The notes beneath the pieces were generated by a model, which was not told the origin of the DNA, ran no database searches, and was given only the letters and a program-made list of their open reading frames with translations. A stretch of 32,000 nucleotides of DNA, from the NCBI RefSeq assembly GCF_049243625.1, contig NZ_CP046975.1; one strand, written 5' to 3'. Shown piece after piece: positions 1 to 9,648 of this stretch. Numbering within the stretch: the stretch's first letter is position 1; each line of letters opens with the position of its first letter. A program made the position numbers and the translations under genes. Source of the stretch: Corynebacterium amycolatum (lineage in GTDB: Bacteria; Actinomycetota; Actinomycetes; Mycobacteriales; Mycobacteriaceae).

Positions 1-650
1 CACCCCTGGTTCTCGGAGTGCATATAGAAGGCATAGGCAAGCGAGCCGAGAGTGATAACTGCCAGCAACGGGGTGAGGATTCGGCGGAGTCTACCGCCAG
101 TAGCGTCGGTACGCTTCGCCTCCACTGGTGAGGTGACAGTCCCGACAATCCGGGATGAGCGCGTCATCCAGGCGAGTAGGGAGATGAGCAAGATTGAGCC
201 GAGGTAAAACTGACCCTGCACCGACATTGACCACAGGTGCTGCAGTGGGGAAGTTTCGCTCTCTGCGGCAGCGTAGTCCGAGCCCTGGAGTGCCAGTTCA
301 TAATTTTGGTAGTAGAGCAGGCTGGCGCGGAGTTGCTGGGCAATGTCAATGGTGCGAAGCGATGGAATGAAGTAAATGACAAACAGGGTTGTCGCGAAGA
401 GGACCAGCACCAGTGTCGGGATTAGGCGACGCAGCGTGCGCCAGATGCTCCACCACGGATTGATGGACTGCCGGGGATTGATGGCATTGCGGTACTGCGC
501 GCCGAAGAAGAAAAACCCGGAGAGCAAGAGGAATACGTCCACACCACCGGAAACGCGACCGACGTAAACGTGGAAAAGGACTACGAGGGCAATTGAAATG
601 CCCCGTAGTCCGTCCAAGTCATACCTATACTGGGTGCCGGTGGTTTTCAT
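1..650 (-). CDS. Acyltransferase family 3 (OafA/YrhL-type) integral membrane protein, N-terminal part; the gene runs off the window start
   Basis: My own minus-strand translation from ATG (650-648) gives MKTTGTQYRYDLDGLRGISIALVVLFHVYVGRVSGGVDVFLLLSGFFFF... It has the DGLRG..A..VV..H motif and several hydrophobic helices, and stays open to position 1. It is missing from the ORF track because no stop lies in the window. Confidence 0.75.
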   Translation of the reverse strand, partial: MKTTGTQYRYDLDGLRGISIALVVLFHVYVGRVSGGVDVFLLLSGFFFFGAQYRNAINPRQSINPWWSIWRTLRRLIPTLVLVLFATTLFVIYFIPSLRTIDIAQQLRASLLYYQNYELALQGSDYAAAESETSPLQHLWSMSVQGQFYLGSILLISLLAWMTRSSRIVGTVTSPVEAKRTDATGGRLRRILTPLLAVITLGSLAYAFYMHSENQG

Positions 651-721
651 AGAATGTTACGTTACCGCACTGTCAACGACGTTCAGCTTTAGTGGGTATG
701 CAGAGTTTCGAGTGCGCAGTT

Positions 722-751
722 TTGTTAATTTCCAAAAACTGCTGGTAACAT
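722..751 (+). promoter_or_regulatory. Candidate sigma-A promoter for rpsP
   Basis: TTGTTA (722-727), 18-nt spacer, then TGG-TAACAT (extended -10, TAACAT 746-751). This would give a ~190-nt leader before rpsP. Sequence pattern only. Confidence 0.3.
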
Positions 752-948
752 ACCTCGAGTTGCCTCAATGAGAATCCTCAGCTGAGGCACGACTGCGAAT
801 TCATCGGATCCGGCCACGGCCGCCCGGTGGTCACGCGCAGTGTAAATATCCCAAGGGCAAAACCGGTTCAAGGCACCTCGTTAGTAATTACTGGTGAGCT
901 TGGATGCATAAGTATTGTCCAGTGACATAGAAGAAAGAGGAACTCCTC

Positions 949-1431
949 ATGGCAGTCAAGATTAAGCTGCAGCGCCTGGGTAAGATTCGTACTGCTCAAT
1001 ACCGCGTTGTCGTTGCTGATGCTCGTACCCGCCGCAACGGTGCGGTCATCGAGAACCTGGGTATCTACCAGCCGAAGGAAGAGCCGTCGATCATCAAGAT
1101 TGACTCCGAGCGCGTTCAGTACTGGCTGGGCGTCGGTGCACAGCCGACCGAGCCGGTTCTGGCTCTTCTGAAGGTCACCGGCGACTGGCAGAAGTTCAAG
1201 GGCCTCGAGGGTGCTGAGGGCACTCTGAAGGTTGCTGAGCCGAAGCCGACCAAGCTCGAGCTGTTCAACAAGGCTCTGGAAGAGGCCAACAACGGCCCGT
1301 CCGCGGAGGCCATCACCGCTAAGCGCCGCGAGGCCAAGGAAGCAGCTAAGGCTGCTAAGGAAGCTGAGGAGGCCGCAAAGGCTGCCGAGGCTGAGGCTGC
1401 TGAGTCCGAGGCTTCCGAGGACGCCGAGTAA
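949..1431 (+). CDS. rpsP: 30S ribosomal protein S16
   Basis: [31 protein letters not shown]...[14 protein letters not shown] is the S16 core. It has an A/E/K-rich C-terminal tail, as in actinobacterial S16. SD GAAAGAGGA lies 7 nt before the ATG. Confidence 0.97.
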   Translation: MAVKIKLQRLGKIRTAQYRVVVADARTRRNGAVIENLGIYQPKEEPSIIKIDSERVQYWLGVGAQPTEPVLALLKVTGDWQKFKGLEGAEGTLKVAEPKPTKLELFNKALEEANNGPSAEAITAKRREAKEAAKAAKEAEEAAKAAEAEAAESEASEDAE

Positions 1432-1553
1432 TAAGGACGCTGAGTACGCCGCTTAGCTAATCCGGGCGCTACCTTATACTTCAAGACGAAGTGTTGGGTG
1501 GCGCCTTTTTGCTTTATGCGGGTGTTTTACAGAGCCTTTATAAGAGAGGGAGT

Positions 1554-2069
1554 GTGCGCGTGTCGGTAGCTGACATGGTGCTTATTGGCCGAGTGATTAA
1601 GCCCCACGGTGTGCGCGGGGAAGTCGTCGTTGATGCAACAACGGATGACCCGGAAGGGCGTTTCGCAGTCGGAACCACGCTGTTGGGTGTACAGGCGGGC
1701 CGTGAAGAACAGCTGACTGTGAAAACGGCGCGTCCGCACCAGGGCCGTCTGCTGGTTCGCTTCGAGGAGATTCCGGGCCGCAATGAGGCCGAGCGTTATC
1801 GGGGCATGAAGTTTTATGCCGAACCCGTCTTCGAAGACGAGGGTTTTTATGACTTTGAACTCGAAGGCCTGCGCGTTGTCCGCAACGGCACCGATATCGG
1901 CGAGGTCACTTCTATCGTCCGTGCTCCCGCTCACCGTCTCCTTGAAGTCACGCTTGACGGAGGCGGCCGGGAGGTACTTATTCCTCTGGTAGAGGAAATC
2001 GTTCCGGAAGTAGACCTTGAGAACTCAACCGTCACCATCACGCCGCCGGAAGGACTGTTGGAGCTGTGA
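1554..2069 (+). CDS. rimM: Ribosome maturation factor RimM
   Basis: LIGRVIKPHGVRGEVVV N-terminus followed by a PRC-barrel-like C-terminus. The track start at 1491 is probably too long. GTG 1554/1560 (just after AGAGAGGGAG) or ATG 1575 are the plausible starts. The stop overlaps the trmD start (GTGA). Confidence 0.9.
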   Translation: MRVSVADMVLIGRVIKPHGVRGEVVVDATTDDPEGRFAVGTTLLGVQAGREEQLTVKTARPHQGRLLVRFEEIPGRNEAERYRGMKFYAEPVFEDEGFYDFELEGLRVVRNGTDIGEVTSIVRAPAHRLLEVTLDGGGREVLIPLVEEIVPEVDLENSTVTITPPEGLLEL

Positions 2070-2953
2070 GCTTACGTCTCGATGTAGTCACAATCTTCCC
2101 GGAGTACCTCGAGCCACTGCGTCATGCGCTGCTGGGCAAGGCAATCGAACAGGGCATTTTGAGCGTCGGAGTGCACAACCTGCGCGACTGGGCGCCAGGT
2201 GTACACCAAGCCGTGGATGACTCGCCCTACGGCGGTGGCCCCGGCATGGTTATGAAGCCGGATGTCTGGGGTCCCGCCCTCGACGAGATCGCGACGCTGA
2301 AAGTGGAGCAGTCGTTGACATCCGCTGTGCCGCATTCGGACAATGTCCGCCATGATCAGAAACTGGGTCTGGCCGAGGAATCTTCCTATGCTGCAGCGGA
2401 AGTGCCGTCGTTAAGTGAAGAAGATTCAGCGAAGCCCCTGCTGATTGTCCCGACCCCGGCGGGCGAGCCGTTTACGCAGCAGATGGCGCAGGAGTTCTCA
2501 CACGAGGAGCACATTGTGTTCGCGTGCGGGCGCTACGAGGGCATTGACCAGCGCGTTATTGATGATGCCGCTAATCGTTATCGCGTGCGTGAGGTCTCTA
2601 TTGGGGACTATGTGCTGATCGGCGGGGAGGTGGCGGTGCTGGTGATTGCGGAGTCCGTCGTGCGGTTAATCCCAGGTGTGTTGGGCAACCGCAAGAGCCA
2701 CGAGGAGGACTCTTTCTCTGACGGTCTGCTCGAAGGGCCGTCCTACACAAAGCCGCGCGAGTGGCGTGGACTAGAAGTGCCGGACGTTCTCCTCAGCGGC
2801 AATCACGCGCTGGTGGACCGTTGGCGGCGCGATCAGTCACTCATTCGTACGGCCGAACGTCGTCCGGATTTGCTTGCCGACGTCGACCTCAGCGTCCGTG
2901 ACCAGGAAATAATTCAAGAGGTCATTGGGGAAGTAACCGAGGAGAACTGCTAG
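2066..2953 (+). CDS. trmD: tRNA (guanine37-N1)-methyltransferase TrmD
   Basis: Motifs VVTIFPEYL, DDSPYGGGPGMVMK, ACGRYEGIDQRV and SIGDYVLIGGE. It carries a ~48-aa low-complexity insertion (residues ~76-123). Confidence 0.95.
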   Translation: MSLRLDVVTIFPEYLEPLRHALLGKAIEQGILSVGVHNLRDWAPGVHQAVDDSPYGGGPGMVMKPDVWGPALDEIATLKVEQSLTSAVPHSDNVRHDQKLGLAEESSYAAAEVPSLSEEDSAKPLLIVPTPAGEPFTQQMAQEFSHEEHIVFACGRYEGIDQRVIDDAANRYRVREVSIGDYVLIGGEVAVLVIAESVVRLIPGVLGNRKSHEEDSFSDGLLEGPSYTKPREWRGLEVPDVLLSGNHALVDRWRRDQSLIRTAERRPDLLADVDLSVRDQEIIQEVIGEVTEENC

Positions 2954-3600
2954 TGGCACGTGTTCGAATTGCGCGACCCCGGCACGTCATTGGTTGGTTA
3001 GCTGTCCTAGGGGCACTGGCGTGGTTCACTCAAACGCAGCTGGCGGGGAGCGTAGATCAGTCGTTTGCAGGCTGGGTCAGTGACCTGCATGGGGCACGGA
3101 ATGGCCGCGTCGATAGTTTGATGCTGACTTTGAGCGAGATTATCCGGCCGATTTACGTCGCGCCGGTCACGCTTGTTGCTGCGGCACTCCTGTGGTTCCG
3201 CTTCCGTGCGTGGGCGTTGCTACTGCCAGCGTCATTCGGTTCGTCGATTGCGGTGACTTATGCCATGAAGTGGTTTTTGGACCGCGACCGACCGGGCGAG
3301 GAGTTCTCGCTGGTCAACCTGCACGATGCAGCGTTTCCTTCTGCACATGTGGCAGCGGTTACCTCCAGCGGCATGGCCGCGATGCAGCTTGCCATCCCCG
3401 TATTGCGGCGCACAGCCCGCAAGCTGCTTGACCTGGCCATCGTCGCGCTTATCGGTGCCGTGGCACTATCACGCGTGTGGGTCGGGGCGCACTGGCTCAC
3501 CGATGTTATCGGCGGACTTATCGCCGGAGTTATCGGCTTGGCAGTTGCGTTGTTGGTTCTTAGGAGATGGCCACGAGCACGGCGCTACGCGCTGCTTTAG
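2953..3600 (+). CDS. PAP2-family lipid phosphatase (membrane protein)
   Basis: All three PAP2 motifs are present: KWFLDRDRPG, FPSAHV and SRVWVGAHWLTDV. There are multiple TM helices. The GTG start overlaps the trmD stop. Confidence 0.85.
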   Translation: MARVRIARPRHVIGWLAVLGALAWFTQTQLAGSVDQSFAGWVSDLHGARNGRVDSLMLTLSEIIRPIYVAPVTLVAAALLWFRFRAWALLLPASFGSSIAVTYAMKWFLDRDRPGEEFSLVNLHDAAFPSAHVAAVTSSGMAAMQLAIPVLRRTARKLLDLAIVALIGAVALSRVWVGAHWLTDVIGGLIAGVIGLAVALLVLRRWPRARRYALL

Positions 3601-4054
3601 TCTCCTCATAGAAAGCTAAGAGTTCGCGGTAGCGCTGCGTCGCAGTGGCTTCGTCGATAAGCGAACCATTGTCCGTGATACGGGCGTCTAAGTCGATGCT
3701 TGCCAGCGTCTGGTGCACGTCGCCGACGCGATCGGCGCGGATGACCGCGGACAGCGGCTTGCGGCAGACGCGGTCGGCGCCGAGGATGGCCTCCGCCAGC
3801 GGGTCGCCGAGCGCCTGGCCGTCGATGGGATTACCGGTCAACGTGCGAAGCAGGGACTCCCAGTCGGTGTCGATGTCCAGGGCATCTTCGTCCGGAACGT
3901 CGACGAAGTGCTGCAGGATAATCTTCTCCGCGCCGTCGTTAACAAGCCCCGCCGTGCCGCCGTCGCTGGTCGCCGCAGGTGCTGCGACCTCAACTAACCG
4001 TGCTGCCTCCTCATCGGAAATGCGCAGGTATTCGGCACAGAGTTTCTGCTTCAT
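3560..4054 (-). CDS. Small acidic cytoplasmic protein, possibly DUF1877/YfbM-like
   Basis: 164-aa ORF with strong SD AAAGGAG 5 nt before the ATG. LDIDTDWESLLRTLTG and the C-terminal AVLVAIS resemble, from memory, E. coli YfbM (DUF1877). The family assignment is tentative. The 3' end overlaps the PAP2 gene by 41 nt. Confidence 0.6.
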   Translation of the reverse strand: MKQKLCAEYLRISDEEAARLVEVAAPAATSDGGTAGLVNDGAEKIILQHFVDVPDEDALDIDTDWESLLRTLTGNPIDGQALGDPLAEAILGADRVCRKPLSAVIRADRVGDVHQTLASIDLDARITDNGSLIDEATATQRYRELLAFYEETKAARSAVLVAIS

Positions 4055-4120
4055 GGGGCTCCTTTTCCGGTGTTAACTGCGAGCCTTCTGTGGGGCGTTC
4101 GCCAATTGGTACTTCCACGA

Positions 4121-4136
4121 TAGTAAAGTTGCCCGG
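4121..4136 (+). promoter_or_regulatory. Candidate -10 element of a leaderless tex transcript
   Basis: TAAAGT (4124-4129) ends 7 nt before GTG 4137, and there is no SD in between. Confidence 0.35.
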
Positions 4137-6451
<2,315 letters not shown>

Positions 6452-6455
<4 letters not shown>

Positions 6456-6496
6456 CGCTTGAGCTGTTAGCGCATAGCCTATTAGCGCATAGCGTC
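6452..6496. repeat. 15-bp tandem repeat x3 at the convergent tex / membrane-protein junction
   Basis: TTAGCGC starts at 6452, 6467 and 6482. Copies 2 and 3 share TTAGCGCATAGC (12/15). Copy 1 shares 10/15 with copy 2. Confidence 0.7.
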
Positions 6497-7462
6497 GATG
6501 CGGCTGTTGATCTCTCCCGCGACAGTCGCAGCCATTCCATCCGGTACGACGATGGTGTAATCGGACCCTGAGGTCTCAATCTTGACTGCCTCGCCTGACC
6601 GTGCCGCCACGGTGATGCGGCCATCATTGCCAAGTCGAAGCCCAATACCGCCACCGTCGGCCCAGTTATATTTCGCCGGTGCCGCGTACTTAACGGTTCG
6701 AAGCTCGATGCGGTGCTTCATCTTCAATGGTCCGCAACCGTTAAAAATAGTGATGGAATCTGTCTTTGGGTCGGTATCTAGTGTCATGCCGGTCTCATAT
6801 GCAATGAGGAATAGCGGCGTGCACAGGAGAAAAATGATGCCAAGGATCGGAAGGAATATTGCGAGCACTATAGACACTGTGCACCAGACTGCGAGGGCAG
6901 CCTTGACGCCATTAGAGATAGTCACGCTGACATCGATGGGAGTCGGGTCTCCTTCTCGATGGGGCAACTCTGGCGATGCAGGTTCGGTGACCGTGGCGTC
7001 GGTAAGCGAAGAGTAGTCCTTGAGGCGGCGCGCCACGAACAGGGCAGCTGCTAGACCGATGACGACACCGGCGATTGCATAAAACCAGCCGATTCGGGCG
7101 GTCATAGGGTCCGTCGTGCCGATTTGCGGGATGATAATCGCGAATTCAACACCGATTAAGAAGCCGCAGAGGGCGAGATTGGTTATTGCAATTGGCTTGC
7201 GTACGACAAGCGGCGTACTGGTCTTGGCACCGAGCCAACCGATCTGTGCACATGCGATGACGATGATGGCCGTAATCAAGGTGCTTTGAATTGGCGGCAT
7301 GAAACCGTCGGGAGCGTCGTTACCGCTCCAATGCGTTGCTATTTGTTCCGGTAGTCGCTCGGAAATAGCAATCACCCACAGAAGCTGTGCAATGGCCAGT
7401 ACACACGGGGCGATGATTGTTCCTCGAACAATCCAGGGGTCAAAGCGTGGAATCTGCGGCAT
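6482..7462 (-). CDS. Integral membrane protein with an N-terminal DUF1648/SdpI-like region and a C-terminal small beta-rich domain
   Basis: ERLPEQIATHWSGNDAPDGF is the DUF1648-type motif. There are about 6 TM helices, then a soluble C-terminus (NWADGGGIGLRLGNDGRITV...). The track start at 7540 is probably too long. ATG 7462 sits 7 nt after TGCTAAAAT (leaderless layout). Confidence 0.7.
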   Translation of the reverse strand: MPQIPRFDPWIVRGTIIAPCVLAIAQLLWVIAISERLPEQIATHWSGNDAPDGFMPPIQSTLITAIIVIACAQIGWLGAKTSTPLVVRKPIAITNLALCGFLIGVEFAIIIPQIGTTDPMTARIGWFYAIAGVVIGLAAALFVARRLKDYSSLTDATVTEPASPELPHREGDPTPIDVSVTISNGVKAALAVWCTVSIVLAIFLPILGIIFLLCTPLFLIAYETGMTLDTDPKTDSITIFNGCGPLKMKHRIELRTVKYAAPAKYNWADGGGIGLRLGNDGRITVAARSGEAVKIETSGSDYTIVVPDGMAATVAGEINSRIDAMR

Positions 7463-7478
7463 GGAGACAATTTTAGCA
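7463..7478 (-). promoter_or_regulatory. Candidate extended -10 (TGCTAAAAT) for the leaderless membrane-protein gene
   Basis: On the minus strand, TGC-TAAAAT (TAAAAT = 7475-7470) ends 7 nt before ATG 7462. Confidence 0.4.
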
Positions 7479-7597
7479 GTTGAGGTGGGGCGGTATTGCA
7501 CGTTGGTGATGCACGTTGCTCGTGCGCCTTGGTAATGCATGGTTCGCCTCGAACAATAAGGCCGAAAAGAAGTGCGATAAAAGTTGTCAAAAAAGGG

Positions 7598-7625
7598 TTG
7601 CGTAATCGAACGGGAGTGCTAAAAT
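7598..7625 (+). promoter_or_regulatory. Candidate sigma-A promoter for the HNH gene
   Basis: TTGCGT (7598-7603), 16-nt spacer, then TGC-TAAAAT (7617-7625). This is the same 9-mer as the divergent gene's -10. Confidence 0.4.
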
Positions 7626-7689
7626 AGGGGTAGCAAGAACATGAAGTGTTTGAGCATGTTTTCTCGGTGTTGGGGCTTTTGGGGGAACA

Positions 7690-9093
7690 ATGTCTAATCA
7701 AATTAGTCCAGCCAACCGACCGTCCGATGTGTACGAAGCGGCTTTGCTGCCTGAAGCGCCGCAGTTTTTCCATGAGGCATCCACTAATCCGTTGGCCGTA
7801 GCGGGGATTCAACGCAATCGCCTAGAGCTGGATATTTCTTTGAGCTGTGCGCCTCAGTCGCTTGAAATAGATGTGGATGCCTACATTGCTGAGATTGCAC
7901 CTGAGCTGGGGATTGCCCGCGGTAAAGCGTTGGAGTATGTGGAGGTCGGCATCCAGCTAGCCCTCATGCCTCGCCTGGGTGCTTTCGTCAAGGCTCGTGC
8001 TCACTTGCCTTTTCGGCATCTGCTCACCATCGCCCGCGCAACGGCGCCGCTGCAAAACCCAGAGGTGCGCGAGGTCGTAGAGGAAGAGATTGCGCGCTTT
8101 GTTATTCCTCGCAGACAAGGTGAAGTTCTCCGAGGAATTCGTAGTCTGCACAAGTTCTTGCAACAGGTAATCGAGCAAATTGAACCCCAGCTGCGTCCGA
8201 AAAATCTTCCGGGGGACGTTGACCCGCTACTTCCCGCCGGTGAGCGCGAGATAGTGGGGGAGAGCATCGGTTTTGAAGAAGGCGACAACTTCGCGGAAGT
8301 TTTCATGGAGCTGGAAAAGACCCGCGCTCTCGAATTCAAGACCACTCTCCAAGCTATCTCAACCTCGGCGGGCTGTACCCGTGTCGAAGCTCTAACGCAT
8401 CTCATCCGTGGCACCGCGGAGGCGAAGGTCGTTCTCAACCTGTACTGTCCCGCCACCGAGGAACGCCCGCGCACGGCTTGGCTTGGTGGTGTGGGGTGGA
8501 TTTCGCAGTTGGCAACGCAGGCGTGGATTGACAAGGTTACGCATATCCGCTTGCTTGCCGACGAATCTGCGGAGGGCTACACCCCAACCGAAAGTCAGCG
8601 GGCGTACATCCAAGGCCTTGACGGGACATGCCGCTTCCCCGGCTGCGATGTCCCAGCGGAATTCTGCGACATTGACCATATCGAGCCCTACAACAAGGAA
8701 AACCCAGCCGAGGGTGGGGCAACAGAAACTCCTAACCTCCACTGCCTCTGTCGCCGACACCACAACATGAAAACGGCTGGGCTGTGGAATGTTGCACGGG
8801 ATCGAGATGGTGTGGAACTTTGGACGTCGTCAAGCACGGGCAAAAAGACGGTGAGCATGGAAGATGGGCCGCTCGCCGGACATGGGCGCTACACCTTTGA
8901 CAAGCGCGGTCTGCGGATGACGCAGGCACTGGAAGAATATAACCAGTACCGCCAAGAGCTGATTGAGCAATCACAGAAATTGGTCGAGGAAGCACGCAAG
9001 GGCGAAGACACTGACTCGCCCGACACTGACTCGCCCGACACTGATTCACCCAACCCGCAAGACCCGCCGAGCATGGATGAGTTTGGTTTCTGA
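7690..9093 (+). CDS. DUF222-domain HNH endonuclease (REP13E12-type)
   Basis: C-terminal CRFPGCDVPAEFCDIDHIEPYNK...NLHCLCRRHHNMKTAGLW is an HNH motif with four zinc-binding Cys. The long helical N-terminus is typical of actinobacterial DUF222 proteins. It ends with a DTDSP x3 tail. Confidence 0.85.
   Translation: MSNQISPANRPSDVYEAALLPEAPQFFHEASTNPLAVAGIQRNRLELDISLSCAPQSLEIDVDAYIAEIAPELGIARGKALEYVEVGIQLALMPRLGAFVKARAHLPFRHLLTIARATAPLQNPEVREVVEEEIARFVIPRRQGEVLRGIRSLHKFLQQVIEQIEPQLRPKNLPGDVDPLLPAGEREIVGESIGFEEGDNFAEVFMELEKTRALEFKTTLQAISTSAGCTRVEALTHLIRGTAEAKVVLNLYCPATEERPRTAWLGGVGWISQLATQAWIDKVTHIRLLADESAEGYTPTESQRAYIQGLDGTCRFPGCDVPAEFCDIDHIEPYNKENPAEGGATETPNLHCLCRRHHNMKTAGLWNVARDRDGVELWTSSSTGKKTVSMEDGPLAGHGRYTFDKRGLRMTQALEEYNQYRQELIEQSQKLVEEARKGEDTDSPDTDSPDTDSPNPQDPPSMDEFGF
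9007..9051 (+). repeat. In-frame 15-bp tandem repeat x3 encoding DTDSP
   Basis: GACACTGACTCGCCC at 9007-9021 and 9022-9036, then GACACTGATTCACCC at 9037-9051. Confidence 0.9.
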
Positions 9094-9111
9094 CCAGGGG
9101 GTGTGTAATAA
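9083..9111 (+). promoter_or_regulatory. Candidate sigma-A promoter for rplS
   Basis: TTGGTT (9083-9088), 17-nt spacer ending in TGTG, then TAATAA (9106-9111). This would leave a ~115-nt leader. Confidence 0.35.
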
Positions 9112-9232
9112 TTTCCAGGTTGTCTTTATAGGCAGCTTTACCTGTTTCGGGCATGAACCGGCCGAGCGTCCCTCTGTGGGAAAGCGCCGCCAGGGTCCTC
9201 TGTCTATGCAAAAAGTAAAGGAATAAGTTTCC

Positions 9233-9574
9233 ATGAACATTCTTGACAAGGTTGATGCAGCATACCTGCGCGACGACATTCCGGAGTTCCGCGCTGGTGA
9301 CACCGTCGAGGTCGACGTAAAGATTGTTGAAGGTAAGACCGAGCGTATTCAGGTCTTCAAGGGCGTCGTTATCCGTCGCCAGGGCGGCGGCATCCGTGAG
9401 ACCTTCACCGTCCGCAAGATGTCCTTCGGTATCGGCGTTGAGCGTACCTTCCCGGTGCACTCCCCGAATATCGATGAGATTCGCGTTGTCTTCAAGGGCG
9501 ACGTTCGCCGTGCGAAGCTGTACTACCTGCGCAACCTGCGCGGTAAGGCTGCACGCATCAAGGAGCGCCGCTAG
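9233..9574 (+). CDS. rplS: 50S ribosomal protein L19
   Basis: MNILDKVD...[44 protein letters not shown]...RRAKLYYLR is a full-length L19. Confidence 0.97.
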   Translation: MNILDKVDAAYLRDDIPEFRAGDTVEVDVKIVEGKTERIQVFKGVVIRRQGGGIRETFTVRKMSFGIGVERTFPVHSPNIDEIRVVFKGDVRRAKLYYLRNLRGKAARIKERR

Positions 9575-9591
9575 TCTTTTGGCGCAAAATA

Positions 9592-9626
9592 ATCCCCATC
9601 GAGTGTTGAGCTCGGTGGGGATTTTT
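9592..9626 (+). terminator. Rho-independent terminator of rplS
   Basis: 12-bp stem (ATCCCCATCGAG / CTCGGTGGGGAT, one G-U pair), 7-nt loop, then TTTT. Confidence 0.8.
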
Positions 9627-9634
9627 CTATCGCG

Positions 9635-9648
9635 TATAGTCTTTTTCC
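9635..9648 (+). promoter_or_regulatory. Candidate -10 element of a leaderless lepB transcript
   Basis: TATAGT (9635-9640) ends 8 nt before ATG 9649. There is no SD. It sits directly after the rplS terminator. Confidence 0.45.

Noticed and set aside
798-815. GAATTC and GGATCC 4 bp apart (polylinker-like) in the rpsP leader
   Set aside because: The two 6-bp sites could be there by chance. The flanks show no vector-like sequence and the genes are contiguous with native synteny.
1491-1553. N-terminal extensions of the track ORFs for rimM (1491), rnhB (10331), xerC (14959), rlmN (21459), rpsB (16846), the M23 peptidase (16541), mtr (30501) and the DUF1648 gene (7540)
   Set aside because: The longest-ORF starts either overlap neighbouring genes or add non-conserved residues ahead of canonical N-termini. 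Internal starts with an SD or a leaderless -10 fit better.
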